Shown here: piece by piece, positions 44,007 through 52,463 of the stretch
Numbering within the stretch: the first letter of the stretch is position 1
Layout: each line of letters opens with the position of its first letter
Sequence record: SRR20825019_488
DNA length: 64,000 nt
Direction: 5' to 3' (one strand)
Translations under genes and position numbers: made by a program
The notes under the pieces: generated by a model
Told to the model about the DNA's origin: nothing
The model's input: the letters and a program-made list of their open reading frames with translations, nothing else
The model's database searches: none

Positions 44007-45689
44007 ATGTCCGAGGCCATTGAACAGACCGGGGCGAGATACCCCCTGCTGGCAAAACGGACCTCGAAACGCTGGCTGATCACCGCCGCAGTGACCACCG
44101 CCATCGTGGCGCTTCCGGTACTGTCGGTGCTTATCCTGGCGCTGTTTCCGGAAGAGAATATCTGGCCTCACCTGCTGGACACCACGCTTCCCCGCTATCT
44201 GGTTACCACACTCCAACTCATGGCCGGCGTGGCTTTCATCACGCTGGTTATCGGCCTCGCCAGCGCCTGGGCGGTCACCATGTGCGACTTCCCCGGTCGC
44301 AAGTTTTTTGAATGGGCCATGCTGCTACCCTTTGCGGTGCCTGCCTATGTCATCGCTTATGTCTATACCAGCCTTCTGGATTACGCCGGGCCGGTTCAGA
44401 CCGCCATGCGGGACTGGTTTGGCTGGCACAACGCCGCCGACTACTGGTTCCCCGAAATCCGCAGCCTGGAAGGCGCCACCCTGATGATCGGCCTGGTGCT
44501 CTACCCTTATGTGTACCTGCTGGCACGGGCCGCGTTCCTGGAGCAATCCCCCTCCCTGTTTGCGGTCAGCCGTAGCCTGGGGCATTCCGCCATCAGCACC
44601 TTCTTCCGGGTGGTGCTGCCGATTGCCCGGCCTGCCGTAGCGGTTGGCCTGTCGCTGGTACTGATGGAAACCCTGAACGACTTCGGTACGGTGGATTTCT
44701 TTGCGGTACAAACCCTGACCGCCGGCCTGTTCGACACCTGGATGAACCTGGGGAATCTGGGAGGCGCCGCGCAGATTGCCACCACCATGCTGGCCTTCGT
44801 CGTTATCCTCGTTACCCTGGAGCGCTATTCCCGGCGCAAACAGCAACAGTTTGCGGCGCGGGACAACCGCGAGCCAATCCGCCGCTTCACCCTGTCACGC
44901 CCGCGCCAGTGGGTGTGCGTGGCCGTGTGCGCCGTACCAGTGATCTTCGGTTTCCTGCTGCCGGCCGCCACCCTTGGTCACTATGCCTGGGAGTACTTCG
45001 ACGAAAGCTGGAACCCGGACTTCGTCCGCAATACGCTCAACAGCCTGTTTCTCTCGGGAACCGCCGCGCTGACCACGCTGATCATTGGCGTCACCCTCGC
45101 CTACAGCCGCCGCCTGCACAACACCCGGGGCATGCGCGTGATGATGCGGCTGTCCAGTCTGGGCTACGCCATGCCCGGGGCCGTGCTCGCAGTGGGTGTG
45201 ATTGTGCCGCTGGCCGGTTTTGACAACTGGGTGGATGGCATCCTGAGGGACAACTTCGGGGTCAGCAGTGGGCTGCTGCTTAGTGGTACCGCCTTTGCGC
45301 TGGTGTTCGCCTATACCGTTCGCTTCCTGGCAGTCTCCGCAGGCAGCGTGGAAAGTGCCCTGCAGAAAATCACGCCCAGTATGGACATGGCCTCCCGGTC
45401 CCTGGGCCATACACCGGGCAACACACTGCTGAAGGTTCACCTGCCGATGTTGCGGGGCACCCTGATTACAGCGGCGTTGGTGGTGTTCGTGGACTGTATG
45501 AAAGAACTGCCGGCGACGTTAATCCTGCGGCCCTTTAATTTTGAAACCCTGGCCACCTACGTGTACCAGTTTGCCTCGGACGAGAAGCTCGCCCACAGCG
45601 CCCTGCCGGCATTGATTATCGTGCTGGCCGGCATCATTCCGATCATCCTCATGAGCAAGTCCATTTCCGACACCCGCGCCATTAGCTGA
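44007..45689 (+). CDS. Fe(III) ABC transporter permease (FbpB/FutB)
   Basis: Duplicated permease repeats, METLNDFG, KELPATLILRPFNFETLA. Confidence 0.93.
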   Translation: MSEAIEQTGARYPLLAKRTSKRWLITAAVTTAIVALPVLSVLILALFPEENIWPHLLDTTLPRYLVTTLQLMAGVAFITLVIGLASAWAVTMCDFPGRKFFEWAMLLPFAVPAYVIAYVYTSLLDYAGPVQTAMRDWFGWHNAADYWFPEIRSLEGATLMIGLVLYPYVYLLARAAFLEQSPSLFAVSRSLGHSAISTFFRVVLPIARPAVAVGLSLVLMETLNDFGTVDFFAVQTLTAGLFDTWMNLGNLGGAAQIATTMLAFVVILVTLERYSRRKQQQFAARDNREPIRRFTLSRPRQWVCVAVCAVPVIFGFLLPAATLGHYAWEYFDESWNPDFVRNTLNSLFLSGTAALTTLIIGVTLAYSRRLHNTRGMRVMMRLSSLGYAMPGAVLAVGVIVPLAGFDNWVDGILRDNFGVSSGLLLSGTAFALVFAYTVRFLAVSAGSVESALQKITPSMDMASRSLGHTPGNTLLKVHLPMLRGTLITAALVVFVDCMKELPATLILRPFNFETLATYVYQFASDEKLAHSALPALIIVLAGIIPIILMSKSISDTRAIS

Positions 45690-45725
45690 CGTTCGCCGCC
45701 TTCAAGCAGCAGCCGGGAATTCCGT

Positions 45726-46211
45726 CTAGATCACCGAACGGGAATGCGCGCCCTGAACCACAAAACGGCCCTGGAAAACCGCAACGGGTTCTCTGACGGG
45801 TTCCGTGGTGGGTTCGCCGCAGTACACTTCAGCAATCAGGGAAAGCCGGCCCTTGCCATGGCGGGCCAGGCTTTTTCGGAATCGGTCAGGGACTTCACCG
45901 CCGGGGAGGCGGCACAGGGCGAAGAAGTTCGTGTCTACCGGTTCAATGTGCTCAATTTCACCTACCTGGATCACCACCTTTCCGGCCAATCCCAGGTCGG
46001 TCAATACCAGCTCAACCAACCCCCAGGCGGAAATCACTGCAACCGAGTAGACACTCCCCCCGAAGCCAGTCCCCTGGTGGTTGTGGTTGGGGGCCAGCGG
46101 AGCACTGACCAACAACGCATGGCCGTCATAGGAAACCAGCTCCACACCCAATGCTTCCGAGAGCGGAATCATGTCATAAATGCGTTTCTGAAACCGGGCT
46201 AACTGAGTCAT
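45726..46211 (-). CDS. YiiD C-terminal-like hot-dog thioesterase
   Basis: IPLSEALG, APLAPNHNHQGTGFGGS. Confidence 0.85.
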   Translation of the reverse strand: MTQLARFQKRIYDMIPLSEALGVELVSYDGHALLVSAPLAPNHNHQGTGFGGSVYSVAVISAWGLVELVLTDLGLAGKVVIQVGEIEHIEPVDTNFFALCRLPGGEVPDRFRKSLARHGKGRLSLIAEVYCGEPTTEPVREPVAVFQGRFVVQGAHSRSVI

Positions 46212-46283
46212 ATTCCCTCCTGAATATGTCTTCAGTTTATGCCCGTTTCAGCGCTTTCCCTATGCGACTTACGTCGGTTTTCT

Positions 46284-47951
46284 CTACTGCCAGATGACCG
46301 GCTCACGTTTTGCGTACCAGGAGTCCACATTTTCCTGATACGCATCCTCCACCACATTACGCTTCAGCTTCAGTGTCGGGGTCAGGAAACTGTTCTCGAT
46401 GGACCATTCATCGCTGACCACGGTAATGAACGCCAGTTGCTCGTGAGGGTCCACGGTCTTGTTGACGTCCGTAATCAACTGCTTGAAGCTGGCCTCGATG
46501 TCCTTGCGGAATGCTTCATCAGCCATCTTCGGACGAATCTCCTCGCCCAGCATCACCAGCGCGTGGGGTTGCGTCTGGTTGGCCCCGGAAACACACACCA
46601 TTTCGATGGCCTCGTGAGACATCAGGCGGTTCTCGATCGGTGCTGGGGCGATGTACTTACCCTTGCTGGTCTTGAAGATTTCCTTGATGCGGCCGGTCAA
46701 CTTCAGGCGTCCCATCTCGTCGATTTCGCCTTTGTCGCCGGTTTTCAGGAAACCGTCCTCTGAGAAGGTTTCGCGGGTTTTCTCTTCATCCTTGTAGTAC
46801 CCCATCATGGTGGCCGGGCTTTTCACCAGCACTTCGCCCTCGTCGCTGATCTTCATTTCCACGCCGGGCAGTGCTTCACCCACGTAGCCGGTGCGGGAAC
46901 GGCCAGGCTTGTTCATGTGGGAATAGGCAAAGTTCTCGGACATGCCGTAGCCTTCCAGCAGTTCCAGCCCCAGGTTGCGGTACCAGTCCAGCACATCGTT
47001 GGAAAGAGGTGCGGAGCCACTGCCAGCCAGTTTGACCTTGTTCAGGCCCAGCCCTTTGAGCACCTTCTTCTTGATCACCTTGTTCAGTAGCGGAACCTTC
47101 AGCAGCTTTTCCAGCTTCTCCTTGGGCAGCTTCTGCAAAACGCCGTGCTGGAATTTCACCCACAGGCGGGGCACTGACAGGAACAGCGTCGGCTGTGCCC
47201 GCTGCAGATCCTGGACAAAGGTATCCAGCGACTCGGCAAAGAACAGCTGAAAACCGGAGTACAGCGAGCCCAGCTCCACAAACGTGCGCTCGAAAACGTG
47301 CGCCAGCGGCAGGTAGGACAGCATGCGCTCTTCCGCGCCAACGCCCAGCACCTGGGTGCCACCGGCGGCCGCAAATGCCATATTACGGAAGCTCAGCATA
47401 ACGCCCTTCGGCCGGCCGGTGCTGCCAGAGGTGTACACAATGGTGGCCAGTTCATCCGCATCCCGCTGGGTGTTCTCTTCCAGTGGCGGGTACTTGCCCA
47501 CAAGGTCGTCCCAGGTTTCAAAATCGTTGGGCGGGCTCAGTGGGTAGGAAATACAACGCACGGACTCCGGCACGCCGGACTTCATCTGATCCCAGTCGTC
47601 CAGCTTACCGACAAACAGAACGTCGCATTCGCTGTGGTTAAGGATGTAGTTCACCGTATCCGCGTTCAGGGTCGGGTACAGCGGCACGGAGATGTGGCCC
47701 GCCATCCAGATGGCCCAGTCCGACATGATCCACTGCGCGCAGTTCTTGGATATGATCCCGACCCGGCTCTTCTCCGGCAGGTTCAGGGATTTCAGGTACG
47801 AGGCCATCCGGCGGGCTTCATCCACCGCACGCTTCCAGGTGTATTCGACAACCTTGCCGTCGCCAATGGGCTGAGTCATGTACAGGGAATCCGCCTTGGC
47901 GTGTTCCCAGTGATAAACCATATCCAGGGGGAGTTTGTCAGTAGTGTCCAT
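46284..47951 (-). CDS. Long-chain acyl-CoA synthetase (AMP-binding)
   Basis: YTSGSTGRPKG, EGYGMSE, TGDKG, GRIKEIFKTSKGKY. Confidence 0.93.
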   Translation of the reverse strand: MDTTDKLPLDMVYHWEHAKADSLYMTQPIGDGKVVEYTWKRAVDEARRMASYLKSLNLPEKSRVGIISKNCAQWIMSDWAIWMAGHISVPLYPTLNADTVNYILNHSECDVLFVGKLDDWDQMKSGVPESVRCISYPLSPPNDFETWDDLVGKYPPLEENTQRDADELATIVYTSGSTGRPKGVMLSFRNMAFAAAGGTQVLGVGAEERMLSYLPLAHVFERTFVELGSLYSGFQLFFAESLDTFVQDLQRAQPTLFLSVPRLWVKFQHGVLQKLPKEKLEKLLKVPLLNKVIKKKVLKGLGLNKVKLAGSGSAPLSNDVLDWYRNLGLELLEGYGMSENFAYSHMNKPGRSRTGYVGEALPGVEMKISDEGEVLVKSPATMMGYYKDEEKTRETFSEDGFLKTGDKGEIDEMGRLKLTGRIKEIFKTSKGKYIAPAPIENRLMSHEAIEMVCVSGANQTQPHALVMLGEEIRPKMADEAFRKDIEASFKQLITDVNKTVDPHEQLAFITVVSDEWSIENSFLTPTLKLKRNVVEDAYQENVDSWYAKREPVIWQ

Positions 47952-48251
47952 GGACCTTCCTTGCGTTGTGTTATTTTTGAGTTATCGGTGTTTTTATTAT
48001 GTAAGGGCTGCACTGCATTAGACTTTAGTAGCCTATTTCACCACAGCCGTCACCGTCAAAACGTGACGGAACTAAAACTATTCCACTTCACATGTACTTT
48101 TGGCCGGCCTACTGCCGCGCAAATCCCTGTAAAAGGTACCTTCCCTTACCCATCAATCCAATAGCCTGTGATAAACTCCCGCCCCATTATAAAACGCGCG
48201 TTCGATCTCCCGGCGCGCCCAAACAGTCTGAACAGACCCGGAGACCGGTTT

Positions 48252-49238
48252 ATGGCCAACAAGATTCTGCGTACGCTGATCGGCACCGCCCTACTGGCAA
48301 TGGCGGCCATTGCACCCGCCATGGCACAGAGCGACGAACAGCGAGTAGTCGCCATCACCCAGATTGTGGAGCATCCGGCACTGGATGCTGTCTACCAGGG
48401 CATCAGGGACGAACTGGAAGCACAGGGATATAACGACGGCGAACAGGTTCGTATCATGCACGAAAGCGCCCAGGGCAACGCCGCCATCGCGTCACAGATT
48501 GCCCGCAAATTCGTGGGTGAAGGCCCGGACGTGATCGTCGCCATCGCCACGCCGTCGGCCCAGACCATGGCCGCCGCCGCTCGCCAGACTCCAGTCGTCT
48601 TCTCAGCGGTAACCGACCCAGTCGGCGCCAAGCTGGTGAAAAGCCTGAAGGCTCCGGGAGCCAACATCACCGGCGTGACCGACATGCTGCCCATCGAACG
48701 CCACCTCGACCTGCTCGAGCGGGTGGTGCCAGACGCCAAACGCATCGGCACCGTCTACAACCCCGGCGAAGCCAACGCAGTGGCTCTGGTGGAGCTGCTT
48801 GAAGAGCGACTGCAGGCCCGTGACATGGAACTGGTTAAAGCCGCCGCCACCAAGACCTCGGAAGTGCTCGGTGCTGCCCGCTCCCTGGTGGGCAAAGCAG
48901 ACGCCATCTACCTGACCACCGATAACACCGTGATCAGCGCCGTGGAAGCCGTCATCTCCGTGGGCGAGCGTGCCAGCATTCCGGTCTTCGCTGCTGACAC
49001 CGCCACCGTCGGCCGTGGCGCCGTTGCTGCCCTTGGCTTCGACTACTACGACCACGGCCGCCAGACCGGCGCCATGGTGGCCCGCATCCTGGAAGGTGCC
49101 AACCCCGGTGACATGGATGTGGAATCCGTGGACACCCTGGAACTGTTCGTGAACCCCGCTGCCGCAGAGCGTATGGGCATTACCCTGTCCGACGACCTGA
49201 TCAGCGACGCGAAAAAAGTCGTAAACAGCGACAAGTAA
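48252..49238 (+). CDS. ABC transporter substrate-binding protein (putative aromatic amino acid type)
   Basis: Signal peptide, QIVEHPALD, AIATPSAQ, AVTDPV, TDNTV. Confidence 0.88.
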   Translation: MANKILRTLIGTALLAMAAIAPAMAQSDEQRVVAITQIVEHPALDAVYQGIRDELEAQGYNDGEQVRIMHESAQGNAAIASQIARKFVGEGPDVIVAIATPSAQTMAAAARQTPVVFSAVTDPVGAKLVKSLKAPGANITGVTDMLPIERHLDLLERVVPDAKRIGTVYNPGEANAVALVELLEERLQARDMELVKAAATKTSEVLGAARSLVGKADAIYLTTDNTVISAVEAVISVGERASIPVFAADTATVGRGAVAALGFDYYDHGRQTGAMVARILEGANPGDMDVESVDTLELFVNPAAAERMGITLSDDLISDAKKVVNSDK

Positions 49239-49299
49239 CCCACTGTTAGCGGGCGGCCTCACAAGGGCTGCCCGTTTTCATTTACGGTGACCCTATCCC

Positions 49300-50202
49300 A
49301 TGCTTAGTAACATTGCCTTTTATGGCGCCATCGAAACCGGCCTGATCTACGGGCTGGTCGCCTTCGGTATCTACCTTTCGTTTCGCGTACTGGACTTCCC
49401 GGACCTGACCGTGGACGGCAGTTTTCCCCTGGGCGCCGCCGTGGCAGCCGTCCTTATCATTGAAGGCGTTAACCCCTGGCTGGCCACCGGCGCCGCCGTT
49501 ATCGCCGGCATGGGTGCCGGTGCGGTAACCGCATTGCTGAACGTCAAACTCAACATTCTCAACCTGCTGGCGTCCATCCTCACGATGATCGCGCTGTATT
49601 CCGTGAACCTGCGCATCATGGGCCGGCCCAACATTGCCCTGCTCACCGAGGAAACCGTGCTCACACCCTGGTACGACCTTGGCCTTGCCTACCATCAGGT
49701 GCCGGTACTGTTGTTTATCATCGTGGTGATGGTAAGCCTGTTGTTGCTGTGGCGTTTCATGAAATCCGAAACCGGGCTGGCCATGCGCGCCACCGGCGCC
49801 AACCCGCGAATGGCCCGTGCACAAGGTATTGCCACCGGTGCCATGATTGTTCTGGGGGTTGCCGTCTCTAACGGCTTGGTAGGCCTCGCCGGTGCCCTGT
49901 TCGCCCAGAGCCAGGGCGCTGCAGACGTCACCATGGGTGTGGGCGTGATCGTGATTGGCCTGGCCTCACTGATCGGTGGTGAAGCCGTGCTTACGCCGTC
50001 TACGGTTCTCCGAGCCCTGATTGCCTGTGTGATCGGCGCCATCGTCTACCGCCTGGCCATTGCCCTGGCACTGAACGCTGACTTCCTGGGGCTACAGGCC
50101 CAGGACCTGAACCTGATCACCGCCGTGCTGGTCACCCTGGCCATTGTGCTGCCCGGTGTTCGCACGTCCGTTGCCGCGCGGCTTACCCGCAAAAAGGCCT
50201 GA
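49300..50202 (+). CDS. ABC transporter permease
   Basis: DFPDLTVDGSFPLG, GLAMRATG, multiple TMs. Confidence 0.9.
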   Translation: MLSNIAFYGAIETGLIYGLVAFGIYLSFRVLDFPDLTVDGSFPLGAAVAAVLIIEGVNPWLATGAAVIAGMGAGAVTALLNVKLNILNLLASILTMIALYSVNLRIMGRPNIALLTEETVLTPWYDLGLAYHQVPVLLFIIVVMVSLLLLWRFMKSETGLAMRATGANPRMARAQGIATGAMIVLGVAVSNGLVGLAGALFAQSQGAADVTMGVGVIVIGLASLIGGEAVLTPSTVLRALIACVIGAIVYRLAIALALNADFLGLQAQDLNLITAVLVTLAIVLPGVRTSVAARLTRKKA

Positions 50203-50211
50203 GGAGGAAGC

Positions 50212-51006
50212 ATGATTACAGCAACCGACCTGACCCTCACCTTCGGCAAGGGCACGCCGCTGGAAAACCCGGCCCTTCGAGGCATGAGCCTGACCGTCAA
50301 CCAGGGCGAATTCGTCACCGTGATTGGCAGCAACGGCGCCGGCAAATCCACCTTCCTCAACGCCCTCGCCGGTGAGGTCATGGTGGACAGTGGCAACATC
50401 ATCGTCGACAACCAGGACGTAACAAAGCTGCCCACCCACAAACGCGCCGGCCGGGTAGCCCGCGTATTCCAGGACCCGCTGGCGGGCACCTGTGAAGGCC
50501 TGACCATCGAGGAAAACCTGGCCCTGGCCATCAAACGTGGCCAGCGCCGTGGGCTGAGCGCTGCCGTAAAAGCCCGCTACATGGACCAGTTCAAATCCAG
50601 CCTGGCCTCCCTCAACCTGGGCCTGGAAAATCGTCTGGGCGACAAGATGGGCCTGCTTTCCGGCGGCCAACGCCAGGCCGTCAGCCTGTTGATGGCCAGC
50701 CTGACACCCTCCGCCATCCTGTTGCTGGACGAACACACCGCCGCGCTGGACCCGAAAACCGCCTCCTTCGTGCTGGACCTGACCACACAGATCATCAAAG
50801 AACAGAAGCTCACCGCGCTGATGGTCACCCACAGCATGAAACAGGCGCTGGAAGTGGGCGACCGCACAGTGATGCTGCATCAGGGCCAGGTGGTGTTCGA
50901 CATCGCCGGCCAGGACCGGGAAGGACTGGAAGTGAAAGACCTGCTGGAACTGTTCGAGAAGCAGCGCGGGCTGGAAGTGGACGACGACAGTTTGTTGTTG
51001 GGCTGA
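50212..51006 (+). CDS. ABC transporter ATP-binding protein
   Basis: GSNGAGKST, LSGGQRQ, LLDEHTAALDP. Confidence 0.93.
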   Translation: MITATDLTLTFGKGTPLENPALRGMSLTVNQGEFVTVIGSNGAGKSTFLNALAGEVMVDSGNIIVDNQDVTKLPTHKRAGRVARVFQDPLAGTCEGLTIEENLALAIKRGQRRGLSAAVKARYMDQFKSSLASLNLGLENRLGDKMGLLSGGQRQAVSLLMASLTPSAILLLDEHTAALDPKTASFVLDLTTQIIKEQKLTALMVTHSMKQALEVGDRTVMLHQGQVVFDIAGQDREGLEVKDLLELFEKQRGLEVDDDSLLLG

Positions 51007-51026
51007 TCACGCTCGCCGGCAAACTC

Positions 51027-51058
51027 GTCTACGGGGCACCTTGCATGCCCCGTAGACC
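51027..51058. terminator. Hairpin between convergent genes
   Basis: GTCTACGGGGCA-loop-TGCCCCGTAGAC. Confidence 0.7.
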
Positions 51059-51067
51059 GTTTGGTCA

Positions 51068-51877
51068 CTAGTGACCGTACACCCGCATCTGGGTATTGGT
51101 GATCGCCAGATCATCAATGAAGATCTGGCCGATCGAGGCCTGCCCCACAATCACCTCCTGCATTCCGATGTCCGCCGCAAAGCTGGGCATATCGATCGCC
51201 AGGGAGGAACCACCGTCTGCACGCTGGCCGTTGTAGATATACAGGTCCACTTCCGCGAACAGGTCCAACACGCTCGGGAAGGTCTGGTCGTAGTCCGCAC
51301 CGGTCAATGAAAGACCACGAATGCCCACGGCCGCAAACGGCACATCGAAATCCATTACCTCAATGGCAAACGCAGAACGTAGCCGCATGACGTCGGTGTC
51401 TGTATCAATGTGAATAGAGCCACGCCCCAACACACCTTCAATGAACAGGTTGTCCATCAGCGCCGTGTTCTGGCCGCCCTGCCCCCACAATTCCCACGCA
51501 CCGGAGGTCACACGGAAATCTATGGCATTGAAGAATTGCGGGCGGATATTGATGGCCGCATCGCCGTCGGCGAGCACATCAATATCGATACGGATGTTGT
51601 CCAGCAGATCATTGGAATCTGGCCCACCCAGGCCATTGAAGCCAAAGAAGTCTGTCCGTTCCGCACCGCCGATGCTGATATCGCTGATCGTCAGCGACCC
51701 TTCATCGGTATAGATAAAGCGGTCCATATTGATCTTGGTTTCCAGCTCAATGGACACACCGGCCTGGCCGGTAATGTTTCCCATTGCGCTATCCTCCAGC
51801 ATCACAATGTCTGCCATTGCGGCAGCAGGCAACCCTGCGACGCCCAGCGCAAGCAGTGTTCGTTTCAGGCCTTTCAT
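51068..51877 (-). CDS. Secreted DUF6160/FilA-like protein
   Basis: Signal peptide, LEDSAMGNITGQAGVSI N-terminal motif, C-terminal ..YGH. Confidence 0.72.
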   Translation of the reverse strand: MKGLKRTLLALGVAGLPAAAMADIVMLEDSAMGNITGQAGVSIELETKINMDRFIYTDEGSLTISDISIGGAERTDFFGFNGLGGPDSNDLLDNIRIDIDVLADGDAAINIRPQFFNAIDFRVTSGAWELWGQGGQNTALMDNLFIEGVLGRGSIHIDTDTDVMRLRSAFAIEVMDFDVPFAAVGIRGLSLTGADYDQTFPSVLDLFAEVDLYIYNGQRADGGSSLAIDMPSFAADIGMQEVIVGQASIGQIFIDDLAITNTQMRVYGH

Positions 51878-52038
51878 TATTATGTTCCTTTTATAGTAGT
51901 TTTCACTTCCTGTGGGCCACTACCTCTTACGACTCCACATCACTACTTTAGCGACAGGTACAAAACGGGTACGTGCATCGGTCACATTTAACTGACTTTA
52001 TGAACCTTTTTTCAGATTTTTCGCTGCGCACTTTTTGA

Positions 52039-52344
52039 CCACAACATCTAGTGGTTTCCAGTAAAATGCCTCAACGCGGCGTTTCTGCGGGCATTTCAGG
52101 ATATTCAAGCATTCATCCATTGATTTTCTTTCGCTATGAGCCGCAATCTATAGTTGTCTTCTTATTCACAGACCACTATATCCTGTTATACTCATCTCAT
52201 ATTCACCCATATATAGGGTTTGCTCGGCCCGCTCACCACAAACGGCGCGCCAGTAAACCACGCGGGTGACCATCTTTCCTGAAAACCCGCTGTTACGCCC
52301 TTTCCAAGGCGGGCAGCAGGTTAGAAAAACACCAGATCTAGTGT
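52039..52344. promoter_or_regulatory. Cluster of NrdR-box-like sites upstream of nrdJ
   Basis: 16-mers CCACAACATCTAGTGG (52039), CCGCAATCTATAGTTG (52141), CCACTATATCCTGTTA (52173), CACCCATATATAGGGT (52204) and ACACCAGATCTAGTGT (52329) resemble acaCwAtATaTwGtgt. Confidence 0.75.
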
Positions 52345-52463
52345 TTCACCGGATCTGAAGCATAACGGCCTTCCAGGCTGAGACATCTTAACGACACATG
52401 GGGTATGGCCGGCTGCGGTTTGCAACGGCCATCAAAAGACATACCGGACATCCGAGGGTGGCA

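Noticed and set aside
51878-52463. Cobalamin or c-di-GMP riboswitch in the long intergenic region before nrdJ
   Set aside because: I could not find the conserved B12-box or GEMM motifs by eye, and NrdR boxes explain much of the region. An Rfam scan would settle it.
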